Assembly (NCBI RefSeq): GCF_009914755.1
Contig: NC_060926.1
Length of the DNA stretch: 64,000 nt
Reading direction: 5' to 3' (one strand)
Origin: the human T2T-CHM13v2.0 reference genome, Homo sapiens
Shown here piece by piece: positions 12,896-31,347 of the stretch (position 1 is the stretch's first letter; each line of letters opens with the position of its first letter). The translations under genes were made by a program, and so were the position numbers. The notes under the pieces are model-generated. The model did not search any database and was not told where the DNA came from. It saw only the letters and a list, made by a program, of their open reading frames with translations.

Positions 12896-13459
12896 GCAAG
12901 GGTGCAAGTCATGTTTTTGGTATATATTGTGACATGGGAGCACCTCCAGAAGAAAATTTGGTTTTATAAAGACTCAAATATAAAGAGATTTTGGCATCTT
13001 GGTAGCCAAAGCTCCAGGGCCAACACTTTATACAGGCATGGTATCCCCATACCATAGGAAAAAAAACCCTCTGTGGAAGTCCAGCCCTCTGGACACTCAG
13101 TGTGGAAGTCTCCGGAACAGTAGGAAAATGGATTCCCCCAGGCCAAGACTGGAAGATGGAAGTCAGGCACACAAAGTGCTGACGAGGCTGGTGTGGAATC
13201 CCAAGAGTCACAGCCTAAGGCATATTCTGCAGCCCCCAGGTCAAGCAGATGGGTACCAGGGGCTCCAGGTTCCTCTACAGCACCCTGGGAAGGGACAAGT
13301 CACAGCAGCCATTGTCTCCTTAGAGCTAGAAGACTTCCAGGAACCAAGGGAAGAATCAATGCATCATTCCCTCAACTCAGGACTCAAGACCCAATTTAAT
13401 CACTTTGAGCTCAGCATGGTGCAGAGTTTGCCACAAAGAAGTGGTTCAGCTATGTATTA

Positions 13460-13610
13460 AGGAGGCAGAATTCAAGACTTGAGCAAGTCAGTTAATCCTG
13501 CTGAGCTTCAGCTTCTTGACCTGCAAAATGGGGAAACGACACCCACTTCCCAGGGTGAATTATTGAAAAGGGTCAATGTGGGCATGGCTTGGAAGCCCTC
13601 TATGAATGGA
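13460..13610 (+). mobile_element. MIR fragment
   Basis: gagcaagtcagttaatcctgctgagcttcagcttcttgacctgcaaaatgggg. Confidence 0.65.
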
Positions 13611-16189
13611 AGGGCTGAGCAAAGTTCCTTCATAAGTAGAGGGTGTCAGGAGATAGGATAAAGAACTGGATGGGGAATCAGGACCCTTGCTGTCCAGTCT
13701 AGGCACTGGCTCTTGCCATCAGCATGACCTTGAGGCTCTGATCATTGGAGGGAGGCAGAGGTCAGCACTAAAGGGTGTCTAATCTCTCGCTGCTCTCCCA
13801 GGCCAGGTTCCCACACCCTAAATCTCACAAACCCCTCTTCTATCAAGGTGGAAGTCGATGAGACATGAGAAGACATGCTTGAGACATGATGAGATGTGAA
13901 CTTTCATGTTTCCAGGAGTGGAAGGAGGGCTCCATTGTTGGGTTGAAGGAAAGACGAGGCTGGGGGATTTTCCTTCTCATGTAGCAAATACTTGGAACCC
14001 AGGAGCCCTTTGGTGTAGGGGCAACTGTGGGACTCCTGTGCTCCTGCAGATCTTCCTCTTTGTTATGTTTTGAGGTTGGCTTTTCCATCCCCCTCTCTTT
14101 CTTCTTTCTTTTCCCCAACCACTCTATCATACACTACATCTTTCATATGTGTCTCTTAGTGTTCTCTTCTTCCTCCTCTTTGTCTTTTTCCTCCATCATC
14201 ATTATTAGCAAAAATGAGAGCTGATGGTAAAACTGGTGCCCAGGGAGGGCAAGTGACTCATCCAAGGCCACATAACAGCAACTCTTATTGAGCTCCTACT
14301 GTGTACCAGGCACCCTGTCCCTTGGGACTGTCATGCCACTCCTGGCTGGGAGAGTATTTATTCCTATCCTGAACATTCATAGACAGAACCGTGGAGGCAG
14401 GGTGAAGGGAGACTTCCAAAGGCCACCCAGGACACTGAGAGCAAATGCTCACAGAGAACTTCTAATCAGCACCTTATAAACTAGAGAAGTTAGGGATTTA
14501 GTGATGGAAAAGATAGGGGCAAGGGGTAAGTTGGATCAGTGGGCATGAACTCACTCCACAGTAGAGCCTGAAAAGGAAAGAGGGAGGGAAAATAAAAGGC
14601 TACTTTCCATGATCAATAATAAAATTGTAGAAGCCATTCTGCCATATGATCAATGAAGCTCAAACTCTGAATGCCCCTGGAAAGCAGGTGTTGGCTCTTT
14701 CAGAAAGGAATGGTTCATTTCATTTGAGGTCCCTACGTCATTTAACAGTCACCCCTTGGTATCATTCCAGAGAAATGTATTGTCCTGGTTCAACTAAATT
14801 TCCTTCCTAGACACTGAAAAGTGGCACCTGGCAAAGAATATGCAAACAGCAGGAAGGTGGGGAGGGATGTCCCTGACTCCCTAGGCTCGTGAAATGACCA
14901 TGGGTGGCATGCTGGTCCTCCCTGAACCTCAGTCATACACAACTCTCCATGGGGAACAGACTCCATGTCACCCTGCTTTTCAGAGGGTACGGGGATCATA
15001 CTGAAAAGCACTTGGTCTCCCTCAGATGTGAATGTTCCATGGGGTTAGTCATTCCAACTGAGTGCTTATGCAAAAGTATGCAGTTGATCACAGAAGCAGC
15101 TAATGGAGATCGATAACATTCTTAGCTTGAAATGAGAAGGCTGCATAGAGTACAGGCCTCATCTGACCTGACAGCTGTTGTGCTGGGTGTAGTTAGTTCA
15201 GGACATGAGGCTTCTCTTTAGGTAAAGCTTTTATTAGCAGCGTTGGGAAGTTGATCAAGTAAAAGCATGTGATGCTGCTTGAACCATGAAGCTGTTCCTC
15301 ATTAAATGTGTGGCTTTGGGTCAGAGTAGCGCCTGATCTACTGACCTGCCCCCAAAAACTTTGGCATAAGGTGAGGGGTAGGGAATTGGAAGGAGAGCTG
15401 AATTTGCATAAACCTGCTAGGTCTTATGGGAACTTTAATTAAGGAGTCTTTGAAGCATTCATTAAACTCTTAAATGTCTGGATTGAGAATACCATCTCCA
15501 CCTCCAGTAAAAGTCAGCCCTTCAACTCCTGGGCAAGCGGTACTCCAGAGATGACAAAGAACTCACCACAACTCTGGGAGAGGGGATGGTAGTTGAAGAA
15601 TTGTGCCTCAGCTTGGTCAAGATAACAACTCCTAACTAGCCAGAAGAAACTGGGTAACTTCTTTATTGTGCAGCAAGGGACCTGACCTTCAGTAGAAGAA
15701 CATTAGAGCTATCCAGCCTCAGTTAAAAAACAGCTAAGACTGTTCATAATATTACAAAGGCTGTAGCTATAGATAGTGAAAGGTTATTTGCTTGGAGGGA
15801 AAACCTTCTACTTCTTGGAACAGAAAGAGCTGGATCTGGCCTCAACCCTATGGTCAATATCCCAATCCCAGGGACCTGGTAGAGTTGGACTCCCAAAGAA
15901 GATGGTGCCGAGGGGATGAGCCTTCTCATCTGTCCATGATTGGGCTGTGACTCCATGCCAGCAACAAAACAGACTCTTGGCCCAAAAGTAAGAGATCTCC
16001 ATTTCATCAGTCAGCTCTTTCACTGGCTGCCAAATGCTATCTCTGACTATTCAGGGAATCCCACAAAAGGAGTCTCACTTACTGCTAAAGACACAAAGCT
16101 AGTGGCGAGGTGTTTGAAAAGGCAGCTTTCCTGGACCTTTCTCATGGACTCAAGCTGCCCCTCCACCTTCCACCATCTCCACTGCTCCC

Positions 16190-16460
16190 ATTCTGCACTC
16201 TGCTCGCCAACACCCCTCCCCAGTAGCTGCACAGGAGACTCCAAGCTCCTGTCTGCTGTCCCCATGGGTGTTCTTCTCACACTAACCAGTGCTCCCTCCC
16301 TTCCTAGCTCCTTTCTCATTAGCGTAGCACTTGCTTTATCTCTGCTAGCAGGTTTTAAGGGTCTTATGAACAGGACTCCTAACTTGCACTTTTTTCTCCT
16401 GCAGAGCTCAGTACCATGCACTGCACATAGTAGGAGCTTAAAAATAGCTTGTTGAATGAA
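16190..16460 (+). mobile_element. L2 3' end
   Basis: gcacatagtaggagcttaaaaatagcttgttgaatgaa is the L2 terminus. Confidence 0.7.
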
Positions 16461-17150
16461 AGATCTGAACAAAGACTTGGAACAAAAGCATCACCTAGCA
16501 GGGGCTGGTCCCTTAGTAAGTTGTGTCTGCCTCTTCCAGACAACTCCTTGGCCTATTAACACTACCACCAATAATCAGTGAGTTGATTGTTTGCATTTGT
16601 GTAGTGTTCCCCACTGCCCAGCAAACCCTCTCACTTGGTCCTTACAATAATCCTTCTCATCTAAATGTTAACCAAACACAGGGGTGAAAGCTCCTGTCCC
16701 CGCAGCAAGTTGACCAGGTGGGATGGCTCTGTGTCCTCCTGGATGACCAAATGGTCAAGGCCCATGTGGGTGTTCAGGAACGCAGGCCCAGCAGCTGCAC
16801 ACAGTGGTAGGAACCGTGAGACCAGGACTGTGTGCAATGAAACAAACAAAGCTTCCTCAGCTTGAGGGCTTTTCTGGTTCCCCATAGGGAGACTGTTAAA
16901 AGCTCAACTTCAAACTTTAGGGGACCTCTCAGCCCACATCTGGAGGCCATTTCACATCCAGCTCACATCTCCGGGAAAAGCAGCCTGCATTTCATCCTGC
17001 TCCAAGTCCTCCCTTTACTGGTCTGGCCTGCATTCCCTGCTCCTCAGGGTCAGAATGAGAAGCAGGCACATTGACTTGAGTGAACTCATTTGCTCTCCCG
17101 GTGCCTCTGCACCTGCTCCCTCCTGGGCTATGAATCCAGCCGTTTCCACA

Positions 17151-17366
17151 GCAAACAGTCATAAACAGCCGGAAGGGGACCAGGGCTTCAGGTGCAGGAG
17201 GAGGAATAGGGAGTAGCTGCAAACACTTTGGCAAGGCCCACTTTCACACAGATGGTTTTAGCCATAAACCGGGGGGAACTGCAAAGCAAGGAGTCGGCCA
17301 GGTTACTAACGACAAAGCCTGCAAAGTGCATTAGGCCGAGGCTCAGACAGTGACTCAGAACTTCCT
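17151..17366. promoter_or_regulatory. Candidate endoderm/intestinal-type enhancer (CDX, FOX, HNF4, AP-1, ETS motifs)
   Basis: gtcataaa 17158, gccataaa 17261, gcaaaca 17151 and 17219, ataaaca 17161, caaagtgca 17322, tgactca 17351, ccggaag 17169; motif evidence only. Confidence 0.35.
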
Positions 17367-17549
17367 CAGAGTGCTGGGCTCCACCTCACACAAGCTGGGG
17401 TGGGAGAGGGGCTGGAGGCTTCAGGGACGTTGGGTGTGCAGATCAGGAAGTTCAGGCGGACAAGACCCTACTTGTGCAAAGACATGGACACCCCAAATTC
17501 CCAAGTCCATGCTCTGTTGTGGCATCAGTCCCCTTTCCTAAATTCTACT

Positions 17550-18012
17550 TAGCAGCATTCCTGAAATGTCTCTAGTTCACCTACTGTGTGCAGGCTTTGT
17601 GACTAAGACACAATGTCTGCACTCTTGTTTCCAACCGTGTGGGTGATGGGTGCATGCACAGCTGATGATAAACAGGTCAGATTGTGTCTTGCACTGGGGC
17701 AGGGGTACAACATGCAGGGGAAGCACAAAGTGGAGCGGAATGGAGTCATTGGTCTCAGGCCTATGGGACAGGTCCTTGAAGGAGGTGGAAGTGAGGTGAC
17801 CCTTCATAGGTGGGTAGGATTTGGATAGGCATGGAAGGGATAGCACAGTGCAGTACAGGGAACAGCATCTGCAAGGAAGGGGATGGAATGTGCCAGGCAA
17901 GCCATGTCCTGGGAATGGCAAAGAGCCTAGTGTCCTGGAGCGTGGCATGGTTTTGGCCATAAGCAGGGAGGATGGTGCTGGAAATGTACGTAAACCCAGA
18001 CCAGGGAGGGCC
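17550..18012 (-). mobile_element. L2 fragment
   Basis: cacctactgtgtgcaggc, gggtaggatttggataggc, agggaacagcatctgcaagg. Confidence 0.7.
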
Positions 18013-18029
18013 CAAAATGGCAGGAATAA

Positions 18030-18335
18030 GGAAATTATTGAGAGTATTTTACATGTGAATTAGTTACCAACTTTTATAAATAAAGAGATTTCATAGACAA
18101 AGTTGGGTTCTTGCATCTTGTGAAAGTCTAAAAGGTCTGGCAATTTGGGGTCTCCATTCTCTTGCAGCTATACTTAGCTATAGCTGGGCGGTGGCTGCTC
18201 CTAAGCAGGACAAGCATCCTCCAATCTGCCCCAGTCCTCCCCATTCCCTGTGGTGGCCCTTTTATCAACTCAACCTGGCCTGCAACCCTTTGGTCATCTA
18301 CCTGCCCTTCATGGAGTTTGTGGTCTCTACTGTAG
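18030..18335. mobile_element. MER102-like hAT-Charlie DNA transposon
   Basis: gtgaaagtctaaaaggtctggcaatttggggtctccattc...agctgggcggtggctgctcc...gagtttgtggtctctactgtaga. Confidence 0.6.
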
Positions 18336-18479
18336 ACCCTGAGGAGATGCCAGCGATGCCAATGGATGGTGGGAAATTCCTGCCTCATTGTGTTTAGGAA
18401 AATATTTTGAGCACAGTGAGAAGTCTGTAGCTTGGAGTCAGTAAGGCCAGTGAGGTGTTCTTGAAAGAGTCCTTGTGGA

Positions 18480-18800
18480 AAACGAGATATCCAGAAGGCC
18501 AAAGCAGGGGAAGCAAGGAAAGGGCAGATTGGGAAGAAATTCAGAAGTGTGACTGGCTTTGATCATGGATTAGGTGAGGAGAGTGAAGAAGAGGGAGAAG
18601 GAGCTGAAGTGAACTCCAGGATTTCAAGATTAGGATTCAGAGCAGAAGGTAGAGTCATTCAAGGAGGTAGATGTGCGAGGCAGTGCTAGGCTCTGGAAGG
18701 GGATGGTTGGCCCTGCTCTGGCGTGTGCAGTTTGAGGTTCTGGGCAGAGACTGGAGACTCAGATTTGTGATTCTCTGCAGAGATGACATTCATGGGGACA
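18480..18800 (-). mobile_element. L2 fragment (continuation)
   Basis: gagggagaaggagctgaagtgaactccaggatttc, gtttgaggttctgggcagaga. Confidence 0.55.
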
Positions 18801-18920
18801 GGTGTGGTCAGAAGGGCCCTGCTAAGGGAGGAGGTGGAAGGGAGCCATGGTTCCTCACTGCTCCACTGGCAAGCTCAGCTCCCACCCTGAGACATTCATC
18901 ACAGCTTGTGTTGTGAGGAT

Positions 18921-19279
18921 TCCTTTCTGGAGTTGTTTCCTCCCCAAATCTGTATGTAGAAATCCTAACATGGTATTCACTAATGTGAGGGTATGTAGAG
19001 GTGGGAGGTGATTAGGTCATAAGGTTGGGGTGGAGCCTTCATGAATGGAATTAGTCCTCTCATAAAGGAGACACCAGCGAAACCCCTCACCCCTTCAGCC
19101 ATGTGAGGACACAGCGAGGAGATGGCCACCTCTGAGCCAGGAAGTGGTTCCTCAGCCAACACTGAATCTGCCTGGATCTTGGACTTCCCAGACTCCAAAA
19201 CTGTAAGAAGTAAATGTGTGTCATTTAAGCCACCCAGTCTGTGGCGTTTTTGTTGTAGCAGCCCAAACAGGCTAAGACA
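18921..19279 (+). mobile_element. MLT1A0-like MaLR solo LTR
   Basis: gccatgtgaggacacagcgaggagatggcc, tcttggacttcccagactccaaaactgtaag, tttaagccacccagtctgtgg...ctaagaca. Confidence 0.9.
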
Positions 19280-19384
19280 ATCTTCCTAAGCACATTCTTT
19301 ACCTGAAAATATGTGTCCTTCAGGGGCACGGCGATGGCCACCACTGCTTCTCAGGCACAGACGGGCAGAGGGTGTGGGCCAGGC

Positions 19385-19515
19385 TGGGCCTGAGTCACAC
19401 GGAATAATTTCGTCTCTTGCTCCTCTGAAGCATTCCTGGGGGATGGGGTGGGGTGGGGTGGGGCTGAGTCATTTGAGCCCCTCCAGCAGATGGTGGAGGG
19501 CAGTGAGTCACAGCT
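19385..19515. promoter_or_regulatory. Candidate AP-1-driven enhancer with G-quadruplex and CTCF-like motif
   Basis: TGAGTCA at 19391, 19465 and 19504; five G-runs at 19438-19463; ccagcagatggtgg at 19483-19496. Confidence 0.5.
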
Positions 19516-20798
19516 CTGGTTCTCAATCAGAAGCAGAGTAGAGGCCTGAAGAGAATGCATCTATGGCCAGGTCTGGGATGCCCAGCTTGCTGGTAACTGC
19601 CTCTTAAACAATGACAGTTGTGGCTGCCACTGTGGGAAGCTTCACTGTTGAGACTTTCACATGTGTTTCCTCACTGGATCTCAGTTTCTAATTATACCTT
19701 CCTTTGTGTGGATATTTAATGGTCGTATCCACACTAGACTGTGTGGGAGCAAGGACTGGCTCTAGTTTTGCTCATTGTCGGATCTTTGGCATTGAATCCA
19801 TTTAAAATGGAAGACTGAATGAACACATTAATGAATGGCTCCATTTGGTGTTAAATTTTAATATAATGTATGTGTATGTGTAACCTATTTATAAACATTT
19901 ACATGCTATTTCATACATGGAATAACTTTGGAAAAATAAGAATATACCAGACATGAAAATTGAGCTTGACTCCTAGAAACAGAGGCTGGGGATTCCTGGG
20001 TGATAGGAAAATATATTTTCACTTCATGTGTTCCTGTCTCTCCCCCATCATCCTGCTTTTACAATGAGCAAAAAAAGTTTACAGAGTAGATTATACTAAT
20101 CGCATTGTTCCACAACTCTCTCTTCCACTGAACCCAATATGGGGGGTATCTTTTGTGTCTGTCAGCCTGGCCTTGATTTTGCATCCTTATGGGCTGCTGA
20201 TCCACATTCCAGCTCTCTTCAAGCCCACTCTCTGTTGGGTGGACTCCACACTTGGGTTTGGGGATGCTGGTTTGCCCCTCACCTCTTGGGTGCTGTATCA
20301 ATTTCTTGAGGAGGCATGGCCTGCATTACAGCTGGCTGGGATCTGGCTATTCGAAGTGGACGAGGTGGGAAAGTGGCAGAAGTGAGTGCTGTCCTGAGGA
20401 CCCCAGACAGATGAAAGATGCAGTCCAGGCTGAGTAAGGGGAGAAGTCAGAGTCCAGTAGAGCCAGAAAGCTGTGGGGTGGTGTGCACTGTGTGCTGGAT
20501 GATCCTGATGGGCAGGCTGGGGCTTCCAAAAAGAGGGAGGACTCTGTCTAGCTAGGCCTCTTGGTCCCTGATGCCAATGATGGATGGTTTTTTTCACAAG
20601 CTCTACAAATCCAGAGCCAGTCTTTTCTGCCAGTTTCCCCTCCTGCAGACCTTAGACAGGATCCAGATCTCCCAGCCGTTGTCCAAGGAAGCTGCAGGCA
20701 GGAGACAGTGGACGTGCTTGAGAAACTTTAACTTGGGAGTCACAAGACTGGGATACAGTCTTGGCTCTACTAGTTACTCATGCAACCCCTCTGAGCCC

Positions 20799-21195
20799 TG
20801 TTAAATTGAACTAAATTTGGCCTGAGGCTGCCTTCCTACTTTGAGTTCATACATAGCAAACTGCAACTTAACTTTGTATGTAAACAAACTGCAACTTCAC
20901 TAAGAGTATATTCCTGTAACAAATAGCTGAGTTTCAGCCAGTTAGAGCAGCTGAGCTTCAGCCAATCACAGGCTACCAACTGATCAGATCATGTCCTTAT
21001 AAGGCAAATGCCCAGCTGTAATCAGTCAAGCGTTCTGTGTGTCACTTCCTTTTTCTATCTGTAAATACTGCCTGCTCACGTTGCCAAGTGTAGCTCTCTG
21101 AACCTCTCCTGGTTCTGAGGACTGCCTAATTCATGAATCATTATTTGTTCAAATACACTGCTCAATTTAATTTATCTAATTTTTTTCTCTTACCA
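20799..21195 (+). mobile_element. MER57-family ERV1 solo LTR
   Basis: TG...CA termini, perfect 4-bp TSD gccc (20795-20798, 21196-21199), cagccaatcaca, ataaggcaaatgcccagctgtaa. Confidence 0.88.
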
Positions 21196-21229
21196 GCCCA
21201 AATTGACTTCCATTATATCAGGTTTTAGG

Positions 21230-23150
<1,921 letters not shown>

Positions 23151-23169
23151 TGACTTGTGACTCACATCT

Positions 23170-25600
<2,431 letters not shown>

Positions 25601-25664
25601 TGAGTGAGGGCTTCAAGACAGTAACGGAAATTATCCAAAATTAAATAGACAGAGAATAAGGTCT

Positions 25665-27260
<1,596 letters not shown>

Positions 27261-27820
27261 AAAACTAAGTTAAATTAAAAAGCAATATATAGAGAAACCA
27301 ACATGCCTTTGCTAGAAATGAATCTGAATTTATTAATCATCTCAATAAATGTAAATGGACTAAACTTTCTAGTTTAAATAGAAATTGTTGGACTGTTTGA
27401 AACAAGGAAACAACAGTCTGTTATATTTTGTTGACAAGAGACATATAAAAAACTTAAGGACTCCAAAAAACATACTAAAAAGCCCAAGAACTCCAAAGGG
27501 TAAAAGGATGGAAAAATATATACCAATGAAACGCTAACAAAAAGAAATCTTATCTAGCTATAGCACTACAAGAAAAGATAGACATAGCCTAAGTGCACGT
27601 AAAAGAGGAATTGAGAAATCTGAATTCACAGCGAGTTCCTTTAGCACTTCAGCATATCTCATCATTGTTAAATCATTAAACTCCTGTAAGGATATTGGGG
27701 AATGAACAGCACCAGTAACAAACTTGATTTAAACAGATGCATGAAGAATTTCGTATTCACCAATTAGAAAATACACATTTTTTCTCAAATTCCCTTATAA
27801 CAAATTATAGCATTCTCCAT

Positions 27821-27885
27821 TTGTCTGTCTGTCTGTCTATCTATCTGTCCCATCCATCCATCCATTCATATATCCATTTATCTAT
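27821..27885. repeat. Compound tetranucleotide microsatellite (TCTG/TCTA/TCCA)
   Basis: tgtctgtctgtctgtctatctatctgtcccatccatccatccattc. Confidence 0.85.
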
Positions 27886-28044
27886 ACGGAAAATTTACAA
27901 AAATTATCTATGAATGAGGCAAACAAGTCTCAACCACTTTCTTAAGATCAGTATCATACCAACCATATTCTCTGGCCACAACAAAATTAAATTAGAAATC
28001 AGTGATAAAAAATAACACAAATCTCCTCACACATTTTTAAATTA

Positions 28045-28068
28045 ACACACACACACACACACACACAC
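28045..28068. repeat. (AC)12 microsatellite
   Basis: Perfect dinucleotide run. Confidence 0.95.
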
Positions 28069-29415
28069 CTCTAGTAAGTCATGGATTAAAAAATTATAAT
28101 GGAAAGTACAAAATTCTTAGAACTGAACTAAGTAAAAATATTATGGTTAAAAAAAGGTGTGGAATCCAGCTAAGGTGGAAATGACAGAGATATGTAGTAT
28201 TGATATTAACAAGTTAGGAAGACAAAAAATTAATATGCTAATATCCAACCTAAGAACAAGAAAAGGAACCACAGTGTAAATCCAAATAGAGAGTACAGGG
28301 AAGGAAACTATGGCATTAAGAGCAGAAATGAATACAATGAAATTAAAATGTACATTAGAGAAAATCAGTCAAGCCCACAGCTGGTTATCTGAACAGATGA
28401 ATAAGGTGGAAAAGTCTCCAGTAAGACTTATCAAGGAAAAAAAAGGAGGAGGCATGAATAAACAATATTAAAAAAACACAAAAATGTAGAGTTTCTTAAA
28501 ACACAAGATAAGTATGGACAATTTTATGGGAATAAATTTAACTTTTAGGCAAAATAGACATCTTGGAGAAAATATTAAAAATATTATTCAAGGAGAAATA
28601 TAAAATCTGAATATACATTTAAATAAATTAAATAATTACCTAATAAAAGTAAGAAGAAACTCTCACCAGATGGCTTAATAGGCTAGTCATTCTCTCTCCT
28701 TTCCCCTATAAAATTTCAGGACTAGATATACACTTTTAAAAATATAAACTGTCCTAGAGATGAGAAACAGATGAGATTAGCTCCTTAAATTAACTCATTT
28801 AATAAAGTTAGCAAAACCATCCTGAAAACAAGAAAACATAAAATTATAGTTAAACATCACTTACGAACCTGAGTGCAAAAATCTTAAACAAATTATGATA
28901 TAAAGAAACTAATTAATGTATAAAAGAAATTCTTCATCACCAAGGTTAGCCCAGGATTGTAAAGATGAGTTAACATTAGATTATCTATTCATTCACTACA
29001 TGAATGGATGAAAGAGAAAATGTATGTATTACCTCAATAGATGCCGTAAAAGCACTTGCTATGATTCAATATCCATTCCTAATAAAAATGATTGGGTACC
29101 TATGAGTAGAAAGAAATTCCTTTAACTCAACAGATAGCATCCATCCCTAATCCTAGACAACTTCATACTTAATGGTGAAACATGAGAAAGATTACTGTTA
29201 TACTGGGAGAAGAGAGAAAGGCAGGTCCTGGCCAAAGGATGGAGATGAGAAAAAGAAATGCAAGTATATTAAAAGAGAATAGGAAGAAACAAAGTTATCG
29301 TTTTCACAGATAACACGACTCTGTACACAGACTCTGAGGATAGAAATTATTAGACACTTCAGCATGTTTTCTTAATATAAAAATATACAAATGTACACAA
29401 AATACATATATATAT

Positions 29416-29719
<304 letters not shown>

Positions 29720-29769
29720 ACTTATATGTATTTTTTAAATTCACTGACAACATTGAGTAGAAAAGATAA

Positions 29770-30064
29770 TTTTTTTTTTTTTGAGACAGAGTCTTACTCT
29801 GTTGCCCAGGGGGACTGCAGTGGCACAATCTTGGCTCACTGCAACCTCCACCTCCCGTGATCAAGTGATTCTCCTGCCTCAGCCTCCTGAGTAGCTGGAA
29901 CTACAGGTTTGCACCACCATGTCTGGCTAGTTTTTGTATTTTTAGTAGAGACGGGGGTTTCACCATGTTGGCCAGACTGGTCTTGAACTCCTGACCTCAA
30001 GTGATCTGCCTGCCTCAGCCTCCCAAAGTGCTGCGATTACAGGCATGAGCTACTGCGCCTGGCC
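29770..30064 (-). mobile_element. Alu SINE (AluS-type)
   Basis: 16-bp TSD agaaaagataattttt at 29759-29774 and 30065-30080. Confidence 0.97.
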
Positions 30065-30103
30065 AGAAAAGATAATTTTTAAGTTAAAACTCTACCCAAA
30101 TAG

Positions 30104-30463
30104 TGTATTACTTAGAGAGCCAAGTGCCGTATCAGACTTCAGTCCTCTGTGTAATACATAGAAGTTTCAAAGTGGGTGTTCCTGGTTGTTGGTGATTCAG
30201 AGACTTAGGTTCCTCTCCCTCTCTTGGCTGCCCTCTAACACTTTGAAGTCCTCTGCAACCATATGGCCATGGGAGGGACCAGAGGGCAGGACCCATTTGC
30301 TTTTCTGATCACATTCCTCAGGGACCACTAATGCCATGGCCACACTTGGATACCAGGAGGGATGAGGTATTCAGCCTCTGGCTGTGCAGTTGCCTCCAGC
30401 AGCAACTTCACATAATCCAAGAGGGGTATAGAGTTGTGGTGGACAGCTATCCATTCTCTTACA
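30104..30463 (-). mobile_element. Old MLT1 (J/K/L-like) solo LTR inserted in L1
   Basis: TG...CA termini, TSD aatag/aatgg, GC-richer island in AT-rich L1, catggccacactt...tggtggacagcta. Confidence 0.7.
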
Positions 30464-31061
30464 AATGGCATAAAAAATTAAAAAAAAAGTTTTTACCTAG
30501 AAATAAATCTAGTAGAAGTTGTGCAAGATTTTTATGAAAAAAAAAATGTTATTGTAAGGTACCAAAGAAGACATGATAAGTGGGGAGATACATCATGCTC
30601 ACAGGTGGAAGAAGTACATATATAACAATGTTAATTATCTCCTAATTAGTCTATGTTTTCAATGCAATCCTAACAAAAATCTAATTGTTTTTTATGGAAC
30701 CTGAAAGTCAATTGTAGAATCTAATTGGATGAACAAAGGACCAAAAATTTCAAAGGTGTTTGGAAGAGGAATGGGTGAACTCTTCCGACCAGATATAAAG
30801 ACATATAGTAAATTACAGCAGTGTGGTATTGGCACACGGATAGATCAATAGTCAAATGGAAACTAAACATATTTCAGAAATGTCACTAAAAGTCAATGGC
30901 AAATGATGGTAATATTTGGTTATCTCAATGAAAAAATAATAATGTTTATTTACTGAGGCATGAAGAAATAATTTCCAGATGGATTAGAGATTCAAATGGG
31001 AAAAGCAGAGCTTAAAAATGTGTCATAAGATAATTTTATATCAAATTGAGCCAGCAAATAA

Positions 31062-31347
31062 TTTATTTTATTTTCCTTTTTGAGACAGGGTCTTGCTCTG
31101 TTGCCCAGGCTGGAGTGCAATGGTGCAATCACAAATCACTGCAGCCTTGACCTCCCGAGGCTCAAGCAATCCTCCTACCTCAGCCTCAAGAGTACCTGAG
31201 TCCACAAGTGTGTGCCATGGTTGGCTAATTTTTAAAAAATGTTTTGTAGATATGGGGGTCTCCCTATGTTGCCCAGGCTGGTCTCAAACTCCTGAGCTCA
31301 GGTGATCCTCCTGCCTCAGTCTCCCAGAGTGCTAGAATTACAGGCAT
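31062..31347 (-). mobile_element. AluJ-type SINE, slightly 5'-truncated
   Basis: gagacagggtcttgctctg, cactgcagccttgacctcc, gctcaagcaatcctcc; degenerate TSD cag(c/g)aaataat. Confidence 0.93.

Noticed and set aside
15940-16472. Overlapping 171-aa and 141-aa ORFs
   Set aside because: Largely within an L2 3' end, with non-ATG starts
13964-18380. NF-kB consensus sites GGGATTTTCC (13964) and GGGAAATTCC (18371)
   Set aside because: Several matches to GGGRNWYYCC are expected by chance in 64 kb, and these are isolated
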